From: a virus
IMG/VR virus record: IMGVR_UViG_3300018079_000002
Coordinates: 3,768-67,767 of that record
Reading direction: 5' to 3' (one strand)
DNA: 64,000 nt
Shown in pieces: positions 1 through 10,078 of this stretch. Position 1 is the stretch's first letter. The number at the start of each line of letters is the position of its first letter. Below the pieces are notes generated by a model. The model ran no database searches. It was not told where the DNA came from and was given only the letters and a program-made list of their open reading frames with translations. The translations under genes and the position numbers were made by a program.

Positions 1-1663
1 GGGTTGGATCAACGTCCAGCACGGTGAGCGCGTCATACTTGCTTTCGCTTTCCAGAATAATGGCGATGTCACCAACCCGGTAGTCTGCATAGGCCGTGGA
101 CTTCACCACGATCTCGGTAGCGCCCACCAGCACGTCTGCAGTTAGCTCCGTTGGCTCATACCAGACCGGTATGCCGAAGGCGCGTGCGTGCCAGTCGAAG
201 ACCAGGTTCTCGATTTGACTGCGCTCGACCGAACCCTCGCGCACTAACCGTAAGTCGAACGTCTGGCGGGGAGCCTTACGGAGATTGATGCGCTGTTCGG
301 TGCCCCCTTGTTTCTCCAGCACATCGGTCAAGAAGCGCATGGTCTCGATCAAGGGCACTTCGGGTGCATAGGGAAACACGATGACCCGTAAGCCTTCAAT
401 GGGCAGCTCCAGGGTATAAATGCTCAGGCCGAAGTCGATGGTGCCTTCAAACACCGGCGAACCTTCCTGGGTAGCTTCCACCGTCAGCACTAATGAAGTC
501 AGGTGCAGGATCGAAAAAGGTAAACCCGGTGCGGGCGGATTGAAGCCAACACCAGCACCCAGGTTGTTGACAATGGTATTCAGCAGTATGTTCGTTTTGC
601 GGAAGGCGTTATACAGCTCCACTTCGGCTGTCACGGTGGTCAGCACCTGACCAAAGTCGATTGCCTTCGGGAATAGGTGCACCAGCTCGAACCAAGCCTG
701 ACTTAGATCTTCGGCAATACGGCCAGGTTCAGTTTTAGGTGTCAGCACTAAGGGGCCAATGCGCTGCTCAAGAGTGCTGACCGGACTGTTCATGTTCAGC
801 ACCTTAGTGGTGCGTTCGATGAAGTATTCGCCTTCTGTGTTGCCAGTCTCGGCAGGGGTCTTGCGGCCAAGGCCGTTGATGCCCAGGGAGTTGGCCTGCT
901 GGCCTTGCTCGCGTAGCTGGTAAGAAAGGCGATGGAAGGTGTAACCAGCGCCGTTGTTATAGAGCAATGTTTTCTCCTCGGCAGTCAGCACTCGGTCCCA
1001 AAGACCTACCGAATCCATCTTACCTTCATGCCAGGTGCCGCCTTCCGGGTTGGTGCCAAGGCGCAGTATAGAGCCAAGGCCGATACCGGTAATGCCGGTC
1101 AAGTGGACAAGCGAATAAATGGTGCCGTTGTTCACCTGGATGTTAATCGTGCCTTCTGCTTTGTTATACCAACCTACGACGAAATACCAAGTGTCAGTGG
1201 CCAGTGCAGTGCCGTCAACGACGTTGTAACCGGTGCTGCCGTCATCGGAGACATAGAAGCGAAGATTGGTGCTGTCCTGGTAAAGAATCCAAACGTTCGT
1301 GCCTGGCCCTTCCCACTTGGCCACCAATCCACTGCCAATACCCAGGTCGATAAAGTAGAACCAACCGGCAACAGTAAAATCATGGTCTCCAAATTCGCCG
1401 ATATAAATATTATCGGCCTGGAGCTCCTGAAACGCAGCCGCATCGAATAAAGCTGCAGCAACATTTCCAGCAGCAGCGATGCCTGCACCGTCTTCCACGC
1501 CATTAACGTCCGCTAAGGTTGCACTCCCTGGGTCAACCCGGCTCTTGCGTGGTCCACTGGCTTCATCCAAGTCCCACCAAGCCACCATGCCGTCGTGGAG
1601 CGAAGACCCGATCTGGTCTCTCAACCAAAGATCAGGATGAACGATGCCTGGACCAGTTGCCAT
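1..1663 (-). CDS. Distal-tail/baseplate-region virion protein with N-terminal LamG (concanavalin A-like) domain; 3'-truncated by window edge
   Basis: Manual translation from ATG at 1663 stays open to position 2 (absent from ORF track). MATGPGIVHPDLWLRDQIGSSLHDGMVAWWDLDEASG...FTVAGWF...WYFVVGWY...GKMDSVGLWDRVLTAEEKTLLYNNGAG is LamG-like; later ETMRFLTDVLEKQGGTEQRINLRKAPRQTF resembles YuA-type tail structural proteins. Confidence 0.75.
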   Translation of the reverse strand, partial: MATGPGIVHPDLWLRDQIGSSLHDGMVAWWDLDEASGPRKSRVDPGSATLADVNGVEDGAGIAAAGNVAAALFDAAAFQELQADNIYIGEFGDHDFTVAGWFYFIDLGIGSGLVAKWEGPGTNVWILYQDSTNLRFYVSDDGSTGYNVVDGTALATDTWYFVVGWYNKAEGTINIQVNNGTIYSLVHLTGITGIGLGSILRLGTNPEGGTWHEGKMDSVGLWDRVLTAEEKTLLYNNGAGYTFHRLSYQLREQGQQANSLGINGLGRKTPAETGNTEGEYFIERTTKVLNMNSPVSTLEQRIGPLVLTPKTEPGRIAEDLSQAWFELVHLFPKAIDFGQVLTTVTAEVELYNAFRKTNILLNTIVNNLGAGVGFNPPAPGLPFSILHLTSLVLTVEATQEGSPVFEGTIDFGLSIYTLELPIEGLRVIVFPYAPEVPLIETMRFLTDVLEKQGGTEQRINLRKAPRQTFDLRLVREGSVERSQIENLVFDWHARAFGIPVWYEPTELTADVLVGATEIVVKSTAYADYRVGDIAIILESESKYDALTVLDVDPT

Positions 1664-1666
1664 AGC

Positions 1667-2632
1667 TTACGGAATTTTCTTAATCGCGAAACCCTGATTG
1701 CCGGTTTGGGGAATGGTGGTTTGCGCAGGGTCATGAATCTTATTCACCTGCGGAAAGATAATCCAGGTGTCCGGACCCACGATGACTTCTTGCTCTGGCG
1801 CAAACCGTCCGATGTTGAGCTGGCGGAAGTCCGGCAAGAAACCTAGGATGTGGATGTGCTGTGGGCTCGTGCCCCTGCGGTGGTAAATCGCGGGTATCGG
1901 TGCCAGTGGAATCAGCCCCTGGGCAGCACTCAATTGGTAGTAGCACAAGGCGTTCGGATAAATCCCACCACGGCCACCACCGATCAAGGGCACTCGTGCC
2001 ACGCTGGCGTCATCGTTTCCGGACGTGGCGCTATCGCAGAACACGCCCCACTTACCGGTGCCACCTTGCCCCGGCATACCTTCCAGGTGCATACAGGCCG
2101 CAATGGTGTTATCGGTGCAGGCCACGTCGCATACGGTGGTGTGCAAAACACTCAGCGGAGAATTGACGCTGATTACGTGCCAGTAAGTGCCAAACAAGAA
2201 TTCACCACCCACCCAGTTACCTAGCTTCGTCACCTTGCCACAACCGAAGTGCCGCCAGATGCCCGTCGAGATTTGAATGGCCGCATAAACGTAATCACCA
2301 CTCGCGAAGAAGTGGTGGTTGATGTAAGGGCCATTAGTCAGCACATTGATGCGACGGCCTGTGGAGATAGCACCGGTGGCCGCAGCGATGTTTCCAGAAT
2401 CATCTGGGTGGTTGCCGGGAAGATTACCGCCAGTGTAGCCAAGGCTCTGCCAGATGCCGATGTCGTCGGTATTGTCCCAATGGAACTGAACATAGACCGT
2501 GCTCTTGTGTAGCGACATACGGTCATTGCCGGTGTCGAATTCGTCTTGAGTCCAGCCAGCAGCAACCATGAAGTCCTTCAGCTTGGTCATCAGGTCTTCC
2601 TGGCTCGTCGCGCTTCCAAGTTGGTATGACAT
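1667..2632 (-). CDS. Virion structural protein (YuA-like post-tape-measure module)
   Basis: 321 aa; MSYQLGSATSQEDLMTKLKDFMVAAGWT N-terminus; C-terminal PEQEVIVGPDTWIIFP is paralogous to the upstream protein; position after TMP. Confidence 0.7.
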   Translation of the reverse strand: MSYQLGSATSQEDLMTKLKDFMVAAGWTQDEFDTGNDRMSLHKSTVYVQFHWDNTDDIGIWQSLGYTGGNLPGNHPDDSGNIAAATGAISTGRRINVLTNGPYINHHFFASGDYVYAAIQISTGIWRHFGCGKVTKLGNWVGGEFLFGTYWHVISVNSPLSVLHTTVCDVACTDNTIAACMHLEGMPGQGGTGKWGVFCDSATSGNDDASVARVPLIGGGRGGIYPNALCYYQLSAAQGLIPLAPIPAIYHRRGTSPQHIHILGFLPDFRQLNIGRFAPEQEVIVGPDTWIIFPQVNKIHDPAQTTIPQTGNQGFAIKKIP

Positions 2633-2633
2633 A

Positions 2634-3965
2634 TTAGAACGATCGTTTTAGTGCGAGATAGTCAAAGGCATTGGCAAGGTTGGGGCCAGGAAAAAGAATA
2701 TAGGTATCAGCGCCGAAGGTAACTTCGTCTTCGCTAGTCAATCCGGAGCCAGCGATGGGTGCCCACATCACATCGTTGTATTGACCCCACACCTGGCCGA
2801 TCTGTCCTGGGCCAACCGGCTGAGTAGTATACAAGATGGTGGGCGGAAACAACAACACTTCGTGCGTGGGAGTCGATGGCACACCCCGCAATTCATAGGT
2901 GGGTGTAGTCCCAGTCTCTGGGCGAATGGAACGCCAGGCCCAACTGTTCTGGACACTCAACACCAGCGTATCAATCATGGTGATGTTGTTATCGCGAAAG
3001 CCACCACCAGGAGGCACGAAGTTTTCGGTGCGCTTGATGACGCGAGTGGAGTTGGCTGCACCAGTGGCTTCGGTCCAGTTGGTGATATTCTTCCAGACAC
3101 CATCTGGTTGGCGCATCATGACTGGTCCAGCGCACTCTGACGGACTGGCTGCAGTAAGTTTAGTGGTGGGCTCAATGATTGAGCACAGGCTTGCTCGCGA
3201 AGAGTTGAACCGGGTTTCCTTCTGACAGGAGCAGCCGGATATGATCAATGGGTAAGGCCACTCGGTGTCCGTGTTGAATGGGTCAAGGAAACCAAGATAC
3301 GCTTGCACGTAGCTGGTCCCAGGGCGTGCAAACACAATGATGCGACGGCCAGTGACGTTGAACCAGAATGGAAATGAAACATCGTCCAGGGGCACGTAGG
3401 CACCACCGTCGATCACCGGCTGGCCCGAGTCCCAGCGCCCAGGGGAAATACCCGGCTGTAGGTTCCAGGCGAGTGCGTTATTGAACCCGGTGAACCCGGC
3501 CAGCTCCCAGTTGAAGATGTCCGGACCCGCATCGCGGTAAGTGCGAATGCCAACATATACTTCGTCTGCACCACTGCCGATGCCCTGCAGGATGACTTCT
3601 TTCTCGGTGGTGAGATAAGTCGAATTGCGCAGCGTGGTCCAGGGGACAGCGCCATAGGTCAGGTTGAAGGTTGCGCCTGTGCCGGTGCCCCCGGTGTGGC
3701 CGCGTGGGTTCGCGGCTGGCGCAGTGTAAACTCCCGAAGTCCACATCTTGACGCCAGTGATGGCACCACCACCGCCGATGGTTGTGACCTTAACGGTTGC
3801 GGCGAAAGTAAATGTGCCGCCGGAGATTGTAAGAACGTCACCGACAACGTAGCCGGTCCCTGCGGCCTGTATGGCCACCGATATGGCGTGTTGTCCAGTG
3901 CAGTATAACACCAACTTGTCGAGCAAGTCGATGTAACTCGTAGCTGTTCCATTTTGAAAGGGCAT
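2634..3965 (-). CDS. Virion structural protein directly after tape measure, with Gly/Thr-rich inserted domain
   Basis: 443 aa; MPFQNGTATSYIDLLDKL start; insert AAGTGYVVGDVLTISGGT...GGTGTGATFNLTY; C-terminal SEDEVTFGADTYILFP. Confidence 0.7.
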   Translation of the reverse strand: MPFQNGTATSYIDLLDKLVLYCTGQHAISVAIQAAGTGYVVGDVLTISGGTFTFAATVKVTTIGGGGAITGVKMWTSGVYTAPAANPRGHTGGTGTGATFNLTYGAVPWTTLRNSTYLTTEKEVILQGIGSGADEVYVGIRTYRDAGPDIFNWELAGFTGFNNALAWNLQPGISPGRWDSGQPVIDGGAYVPLDDVSFPFWFNVTGRRIIVFARPGTSYVQAYLGFLDPFNTDTEWPYPLIISGCSCQKETRFNSSRASLCSIIEPTTKLTAASPSECAGPVMMRQPDGVWKNITNWTEATGAANSTRVIKRTENFVPPGGGFRDNNITMIDTLVLSVQNSWAWRSIRPETGTTPTYELRGVPSTPTHEVLLFPPTILYTTQPVGPGQIGQVWGQYNDVMWAPIAGSGLTSEDEVTFGADTYILFPGPNLANAFDYLALKRSF

Positions 3966-3970
3966 ATGCT

Positions 3971-6496
3971 CTAAGCGATACCGAGTGCGTTTTTAACGGC
4001 TGCACGATTTCTTGTCAAAGAATTTAGGATAACTTTGTCACCTTTTTGACTGGACATGGCTTCCGGCACCTTGTCTTCGCTATCCACATTGATGACCTGG
4101 ACATTAACATTGGGGGGAGGCGCAGCAGCCGTGTTAGTCAAACTCTCGTTGGGCACCACGGTGCCTGCTGCGTTCGGCCTGAACAGTTCCGGACCACGTT
4201 CACCCACCAGGTAGGCGCGTCCAGAATTCACTGGACCACCATCCGCCTTCGCTCCCCCCAAAGCACCAATAACCCCGCCCACTAAGCCACCAGCGCCTCC
4301 ACCAGCGCCACCAACGGCGTTGATCAGTGCGGCCAATGCTTGTCTGGCCAATAGTCGGGTAAGATCAGCTAAGATGCTGTCCACCAGTTTGGAGAAGTTT
4401 ACTTCTCCGGTGGTGACAAATTCTACCAGCGCATCCTCCGCCGAATGCCAGGCGTTGACCAGCGTCTTCTCGGCTGCGTTGGCCACGTCCAGGATGTCGG
4501 CTTTGATCTTCTGGAAACCACGGCTGAACCCTTCGGCTGCAGTCGTGCCGGTCTCCAGCATCTGACCGCGAAGCTGGGCTAGGGCCAGGTTGTATTGCTG
4601 GATGGTAATGATACCTTCGTTGAGAAGCTGGTTCAGTGCTTCTTCCTGGACCTTCAATTGTGCCTGTGGCCCCTGAATCTGCTGCAGCAGTTGTGCGCGT
4701 GCGGTTAGTAGCGCCTGCTCTTCGATCAGTGCAGCAATTTGGTCCCGTTCCACCGCCGTGAGCTGGGACTTGATGTCCTTCTCAATCTTGTAAATCTCGG
4801 ACAGCTTCTGACGTTCAATGCCTTGCAGCTTGAGCAGCTCATTCTCCTGCCGTAGCTGTTGAAGGTTTTCCTGGAGCTCTTTGTTACCCGGTCGTGGTGT
4901 CAGGTTGGCACCGCCTTGGCTCAAGGCACTTTGGGCTGCGGCTGCGGCATTCTTATCCTGTGCGCTCTTGGCCAGCCGGTCCTTGGCAATCTGCTCAGCG
5001 CGCACGAAGGTCTGGTCCAGCACCGCACCCACGGTCTTGATGTTGAACCCTTCCAGGAAAGCCTGCTGGACGGTGGCACCTAAGTCCTCGGCCTGCTCCT
5101 TCATGCCGTCGAACTTGATCAACTCGAAAGCACCGGACGTGCCAGGGATGTCCAGGCCAGGTAGCTTGTTGAGCACGGTGATGATCTTGTTCATCGCGTT
5201 CTCAGCAACCTTTAGCACGCTGTTGAATGCGCGAATGAAAATGGTCTTCAGGATATCCGGGAAGCGTTGGAAGGCTACCACAGAGGCATTGGCCGCACCT
5301 ACGAACAGACCCACAAAGTTGTCAACCACTTCAGCGGCATACTCCAGCACCCCGCGCAACGTGATGTTGATGTCGCCGAAGATGCTGCGGAAGGCCGTAG
5401 CAATAAAGCCGAAATTCTCCTGGAAGAATTTGGACAGGCTGCTCACCGCCAGCTTGATCTCTGAGAAGGCCGCAAGGGCAAAGTCCTGGAGTGTAACAAA
5501 GCCGTCCGAAGTCAGGAAGATACGATCGCTGAACGCAATCAAGGCAGCAATGGCTGCAGTGATGCCTACCAATAACGCACCAATCGGATTCGCCGCAATG
5601 GCTAGCGTCAGCAGTCGTATCCCGGCGATAGCTTTACCAATCGCCTGCTGCGCAAACGTTACACCAATGATCAGTGAGACGGCCGCAAAGACTCGACCAA
5701 CGGTGCTCATGTTATCCGCAAGGAAGATTAGCATCTTCGCAAACGATTGAGTGGCACCGGTAGCTCGATCAAATTCTCCAATAGCGCGTATGATAGCATT
5801 ACGTAACACTACGAACGACTGGCCAATGCTAGGCACGGACTTGGCAAACTTCTCTGACAATTCTTTACGTGCATTCTTGAAAGCGTTGAGCACGATGTCC
5901 GCCGTGATCTTACCGTCTTCGCCCATCTTGCGTAGCTCGCCACGAGTGACACCGAGCTCTTTGGCGATAACGTCCGCCACCACTGGGAGCTGCTCCAGCA
6001 CCGAGCGCAATTCGTCGCCGCGCAGTGTACCAGAGGCGAGACCCTGGCTCAGTTGGATCATGCCCGCATTCGCTTCCTGGGCACTAGCACCAGACAAGAT
6101 GATTGCCTGATTCAAACTTTCGGTGAAGTCCAGCGTCTGCTGCTGACTGATACCGAGCTCACGCACGGCCAGCGCCGTGCGCGAGAAAACTTCGGTGGTG
6201 CCCTCGAACGAAGAGCGTGTCCTCTGGGCAATACCAAAGAGCTGCTCCGTCACCACGTTCAATTCGCCGATCGACTTAGTCACTACCCGCACCCGGTTCT
6301 GGATGTTGGTGAAGGTGTCTGCGAAGTCCAGCAGGCGTTTGATGGCTGCTGCACCGCCCAGGAGAAGCAGCGCCTTCCGCAAAATGGAAAGAGCACCACC
6401 ACTCTTTTCGGCTGAGGCACCGATCTCCGCGATGTTACGACTAACAACACGGGCACCGCGTTCATCAACCTGAATCAATAGGCGTTCTGTCGGCAT
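3971..6496 (-). CDS. Tail tape measure protein
   Basis: 841 aa; tape-measure motif QLSQGLASGTLRGDELRSVLEQLP; Ala/Gln-rich coiled coil; C-terminal GGAKADGGPVNSGRAYLVGERGPELF. Confidence 0.95.
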   Translation of the reverse strand: MPTERLLIQVDERGARVVSRNIAEIGASAEKSGGALSILRKALLLLGGAAAIKRLLDFADTFTNIQNRVRVVTKSIGELNVVTEQLFGIAQRTRSSFEGTTEVFSRTALAVRELGISQQQTLDFTESLNQAIILSGASAQEANAGMIQLSQGLASGTLRGDELRSVLEQLPVVADVIAKELGVTRGELRKMGEDGKITADIVLNAFKNARKELSEKFAKSVPSIGQSFVVLRNAIIRAIGEFDRATGATQSFAKMLIFLADNMSTVGRVFAAVSLIIGVTFAQQAIGKAIAGIRLLTLAIAANPIGALLVGITAAIAALIAFSDRIFLTSDGFVTLQDFALAAFSEIKLAVSSLSKFFQENFGFIATAFRSIFGDINITLRGVLEYAAEVVDNFVGLFVGAANASVVAFQRFPDILKTIFIRAFNSVLKVAENAMNKIITVLNKLPGLDIPGTSGAFELIKFDGMKEQAEDLGATVQQAFLEGFNIKTVGAVLDQTFVRAEQIAKDRLAKSAQDKNAAAAAQSALSQGGANLTPRPGNKELQENLQQLRQENELLKLQGIERQKLSEIYKIEKDIKSQLTAVERDQIAALIEEQALLTARAQLLQQIQGPQAQLKVQEEALNQLLNEGIITIQQYNLALAQLRGQMLETGTTAAEGFSRGFQKIKADILDVANAAEKTLVNAWHSAEDALVEFVTTGEVNFSKLVDSILADLTRLLARQALAALINAVGGAGGGAGGLVGGVIGALGGAKADGGPVNSGRAYLVGERGPELFRPNAAGTVVPNESLTNTAAAPPPNVNVQVINVDSEDKVPEAMSSQKGDKVILNSLTRNRAAVKNALGIA

Positions 6497-6942
6497 TAGT
6501 TAAGCACCTTTATCTTCTTGAGTAAAGCATTCGCCTGGAGGATAGCCCGTTTGACGAAATTGGCAGGTGCCTGCGCGGAATGACCTTCGTCCAGGCGCTG
6601 GATGTAAGGCAGGTTGTTGGATACAAATAAACTTTGGCCAGCTTTGCGACGGGCAATGACCGCAGCACCAGCTTCGAGGGCAGCACTGGCATTGGCACTC
6701 TCACCAATGCCAGCGCCTGAGCCTTTAGGGTGTGGCTTGTAAGCCTTACGGGTGCCGTTGGCCGGAGACCCTAGGCTGACAATCCAATTGCTCCTGGCCG
6801 TGCCAGTGTCCACCGGGGTGGCCAGGACCAGCTCCCGGTGCAGCACAATGCAGACCTTGCGGGCAACCGTATTCACGTTGCGCTCGACATTACTCGCTCG
6901 CCGTTTCATGCGCTTACCAAAACTACGCAAATCGTTTGCCAT
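6496..6942 (-). CDS. Neck/tail-completion protein (HK97 gp10-like)
   Basis: 148 aa with TPVDTGTARSNW and NNLPYIQRLDEGHSAQAPANFV motifs. Confidence 0.85.
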   Translation of the reverse strand: MANDLRSFGKRMKRRASNVERNVNTVARKVCIVLHRELVLATPVDTGTARSNWIVSLGSPANGTRKAYKPHPKGSGAGIGESANASAALEAGAAVIARRKAGQSLFVSNNLPYIQRLDEGHSAQAPANFVKRAILQANALLKKIKVLN

Positions 6943-7273
6943 GATTTATTAGTGGCTTCTTTTCAGCCACCGGTTTTTCCGTTCGCTTGGATTGATGATT
7001 GATGAACGTGTGGTCCATGTGGCGCACGAAGTGGAACAGGTCATCCACTTGATCGTCGTCAAACTGATAGACTTGCGCATAATCAGCAATAACATTCCAC
7101 GGTATCGGTGACACCCCGAAACCAACCTGCCTGCAGGTGCTTAAATCGAAGAACGCACCGTAATACAACTCCAGGCCGGGATGCAGCTCTGGTGCGTGCT
7201 GAATTTTCTGCGGGAGAGGAAGTCTCTCCCGCATACACTGCACGATGATACGCCTTTCGTCTTCTGGCACCAT
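6923..7273 (-). CDS. Tail assembly chaperone C-terminal extension (gpT-like; reached by -1 frameshift)
   Basis: 116 aa ORF (FFDLSTCRQVGFGVSPIPW) in the -1 frame relative to 7300..7704, open back to the slippery site. Confidence 0.8.
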   Translation of the reverse strand: MVPEDERRIIVQCMRERLPLPQKIQHAPELHPGLELYYGAFFDLSTCRQVGFGVSPIPWNVIADYAQVYQFDDDQVDDLFHFVRHMDHTFINHQSKRTEKPVAEKKPLINHGKRFA

Positions 7274-7299
7274 CTCCAGCGTGTAGAGAAGGCACTCGG

Positions 7300-7704
7300 T
7301 TAGTTTTTTGCAGATGCATCACGAATATCTTCGCGGAATAACGCCATCTTACCAGCTTGGTCCATGATGTCCCGCAGCAGGTCCGGCATTTGTTTGAACA
7401 GGGCCAGGCAGTTCTCCTTGGAGAAGTCCAGCTTCTTGCCGTCCACTTTGATGCCTTCCCAGCCGAGCACCACGCTTTCGGCATAGACTTCGGCCATCAG
7501 GTTTTCGGCAGCTTCGTTGTCGAGCATTTCCGACTGGATAGCGCGTCGCAACGGACGGCTCTTCTTCTCGAGGCACTTGGCGAACGCTTTGTTAGCGCCA
7601 CCGGCACGAGCGATGTTGATTTTGAATTCGCCGTAGTCGAGGACGATTCCTTTCGTCTCCAACTCGGCGTTCGTTTTGAACAGGTTTTGAACGTTTGATG
7701 CCAT
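7300..7704 (-). CDS. Tail assembly chaperone (gpG-like)
   Basis: 134 aa between tail tube and TMP; IARAGGANKAF, VVLGWEG, LFKQMPDL motifs. Confidence 0.85.
   Translation of the reverse strand: MASNVQNLFKTNAELETKGIVLDYGEFKINIARAGGANKAFAKCLEKKSRPLRRAIQSEMLDNEAAENLMAEVYAESVVLGWEGIKVDGKKLDFSKENCLALFKQMPDLLRDIMDQAGKMALFREDIRDASAKN
7303..7309 (-). promoter_or_regulatory. Programmed -1 ribosomal frameshift slippery heptamer A AAA AAC
   Basis: Minus strand GCA AAA AAC TAA; the -1 frame reads KKLTECLLYTLE-MVPEDERR into ORF 6923..7273. Confidence 0.85.
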
Positions 7705-7721
7705 ATGTTTTTGTTTGGTGA

Positions 7722-9602
7722 TTACATGGCCAATGTCGGCAGGTAATCCCAGAACACCATGAGCAAAGTGTAGTCCATAGTGCTTGCAATTTTCGCTGCC
7801 GTCGCCGCATCCATGCTAAGCGGCAAAGTAACCGGCTGGTCTTGCTCGATATTCGCACGACCGTCACCCAGGGCAATGAGTGGCAGGTCAATGGCGATAC
7901 CGGAATTGGCTTTCGCCAAGATCATGTCCAGCGTGATGTCCGAGTTGTTGCGCACCGCAGCCACCGCAGCGATGTCGCTGAAGTAGGCGGTAAGGTCTCC
8001 ACTGACCTGGAAGGTGCCAGCCGAAACCGAGAAAGCACCGAGCACGCCAATGGCTTTGTTCGGATTGACATTGTTGTTGATGTTCAGCGACACGTCCGTG
8101 ACGAACGCGAACAACGGGGTGGGTGCGCCGTCCACCAGCGACACCAGCGACATTTTCACCCGGCTGAAGTCCGAGCTGGTGTTGAAGGCGTCTGCCTCAA
8201 CGATCGCGGGACGGCTACCGGTCTTGACCCCCTGGGCCGAAGTGCGCTGCTCATTGTCATTACTGACGAAGGACAAATCACCATTGATCTTGTCCGCCGT
8301 CGCGATGCTCAAGGCCAGCTCATTGCAAATGGAGCCAGTGAGATATTCGCTTTGCAGCGCGTTCGGGAAGTCACTGTCCGGTGCGCCCAGGGTGCGTTCG
8401 AGTTGATAGGTGCGCGCCTTGACCAGCGTGCCGGTCTCGTTCTTGAGCACTCGGCCCAGGAAGACGCGGATGGTCTTGGTCGCACCTGCGTCCGTGACCA
8501 GTGTGTTCTGGGTCTTGTCCAGGGTGATGAGACTCGCAGTGACCGAGCGCACCCGCACGAAGCAATTGTCCGCCACCGTGGCGAACTGCTCGACCAGCGA
8601 GTCACCACCGATGAAGAGCCATTCGCCAGGAATGAGACCGAGCTCGGTCAGGTTCTTCGCAGTGGCACCCAAGGTGGGGAAGGCCACGCCACCATTGGTG
8701 ATGGTCGCATCCGCTGTAGCGAATTGGAAGCCCACCACTACGACGGTTGCACCAGCCGCAGGAGTTTCGTCCACCAGGTTTTCGGCCACGGTGATGTCGG
8801 CATCGCCACCGGCGAGGGTGCCGCCACCAAAGCTGGTGTTCGTGCCTGACTCGGTCGTGGTAATGGCGTTACCGCCAGGACCGTCGCGTAGCGCCGTCAC
8901 GTTCATGTTGCCTGCGTTCGCGGAGGCAGTGACCGTGGTATGAGCAAGGGTGCCGGTGCCGTAGTTCGTGCCAGCACCTGCGCCACCGGTGATGGCCAGC
9001 ACCAGGTTGTCCCGTGACAAGGCTGCGCTCGCACCGATTAGCACTTCGTTCGCCGCACCGGTCAGTGCAGTCTTCCAGGTATAGACTTTGCCGTCGAGGG
9101 TGACAGTGTCGTTGTTCGCGGGTTGGCCAGCGAAGGTCAGTAGGCCGGTTGCCTTGACCGAATTGACGGCAGTGATGCGATGCAGGCCGTTGTTCTGAGA
9201 ATTGGTAAACCCCGTCATGAACGTCAGGCTGTTGACGAACATACCTTCTGCGTGGTCCAGTTCATATTTATCGGTGGCCGTGGTTACGCCAGAGGCAATG
9301 CCTTCGCCCTTGCGCCGCAAATCGGCGAACATGAATCCCTGGAGCATGTCCTGGAGATTCGATTGGGTCAGGTCCATGTTGAACCCGCCACTGGCATCCA
9401 GGTCAGTGACCACACCTTTCTTGCGTTGGCGCGAGGGATTGATGGGGTTGCGCGAGAGCAGCGTCAGGTTGCCGCCAAAATCATTATAGGAGTTAGGCTC
9501 CAGTGGTTTCCAAACCGGTGAACCCGGCAGCACGCCAGGAGAGAGCTCTTCGCAATAACGAAGACCAGTTACGTTGCTATCGATTTTGTTTACTTTAGGC
9601 AT
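7722..9602 (-). CDS. Major tail tube protein with inserted accessory domain
   Basis: 626 aa; SRNPINPSRQRKKGVVTDLDASGGF and SGDLTAYFSD tube motifs; about 120 aa Gly/Ala/Thr insert (ATGLLTFAGQPANNDTVTLDG...GGGTLAGG). Confidence 0.9.
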   Translation of the reverse strand: MPKVNKIDSNVTGLRYCEELSPGVLPGSPVWKPLEPNSYNDFGGNLTLLSRNPINPSRQRKKGVVTDLDASGGFNMDLTQSNLQDMLQGFMFADLRRKGEGIASGVTTATDKYELDHAEGMFVNSLTFMTGFTNSQNNGLHRITAVNSVKATGLLTFAGQPANNDTVTLDGKVYTWKTALTGAANEVLIGASAALSRDNLVLAITGGAGAGTNYGTGTLAHTTVTASANAGNMNVTALRDGPGGNAITTTESGTNTSFGGGTLAGGDADITVAENLVDETPAAGATVVVVGFQFATADATITNGGVAFPTLGATAKNLTELGLIPGEWLFIGGDSLVEQFATVADNCFVRVRSVTASLITLDKTQNTLVTDAGATKTIRVFLGRVLKNETGTLVKARTYQLERTLGAPDSDFPNALQSEYLTGSICNELALSIATADKINGDLSFVSNDNEQRTSAQGVKTGSRPAIVEADAFNTSSDFSRVKMSLVSLVDGAPTPLFAFVTDVSLNINNNVNPNKAIGVLGAFSVSAGTFQVSGDLTAYFSDIAAVAAVRNNSDITLDMILAKANSGIAIDLPLIALGDGRANIEQDQPVTLPLSMDAATAAKIASTMDYTLLMVFWDYLPTLAM

Positions 9603-9616
9603 ACAAGGTTTACTTT

Positions 9617-10078
9617 CTATTTAACTTCGTCGTATGTGAATTCCACCAGCACATTCGTCTGGTGCCATTCGCCATCTTGCCCGATTTCGTTTGCTCTTAC
9701 GTTGCGAAACCAAACGCCATTCAAAGTGGCTTTACCTTCGAAGGCATCTTGCACGACCTTAGTGAGCGTATCGGATTTCGTCAATCCCGTTCCATAAGGC
9801 GTAAAGACCTGGACAGTTAGCACTCCATTTCTGGTGAAAATCTTTTTACTGGTATTATCGGCCAGCGATGTCTGGCCACTGGTGACGTGCTGCAAGGTGA
9901 CACGTGCCCAGGGGGAGCCAGAGACCGGCTGCGCGACTTTGGTGCCAGCGAGACCCTTAACCCCTACCACGGTATCCGGATAGAAGACCAGCACGTCCAC
10001 CGTTGCGCCATTGGCGAGCCAGGCCGTGCGTAAGTGGCCGAGAATTCCGTCGCGTGCTTGAGTGATGGTTAGGCTCAT
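9617..10078 (-). CDS. Tail terminator / tail completion protein
   Basis: 153 aa; PWARVTLQH, GVLTVQVFTP, WHQTNVLVEFTYDE; position upstream of tail tube. Confidence 0.85.
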   Translation of the reverse strand: MSLTITQARDGILGHLRTAWLANGATVDVLVFYPDTVVGVKGLAGTKVAQPVSGSPWARVTLQHVTSGQTSLADNTSKKIFTRNGVLTVQVFTPYGTGLTKSDTLTKVVQDAFEGKATLNGVWFRNVRANEIGQDGEWHQTNVLVEFTYDEVK

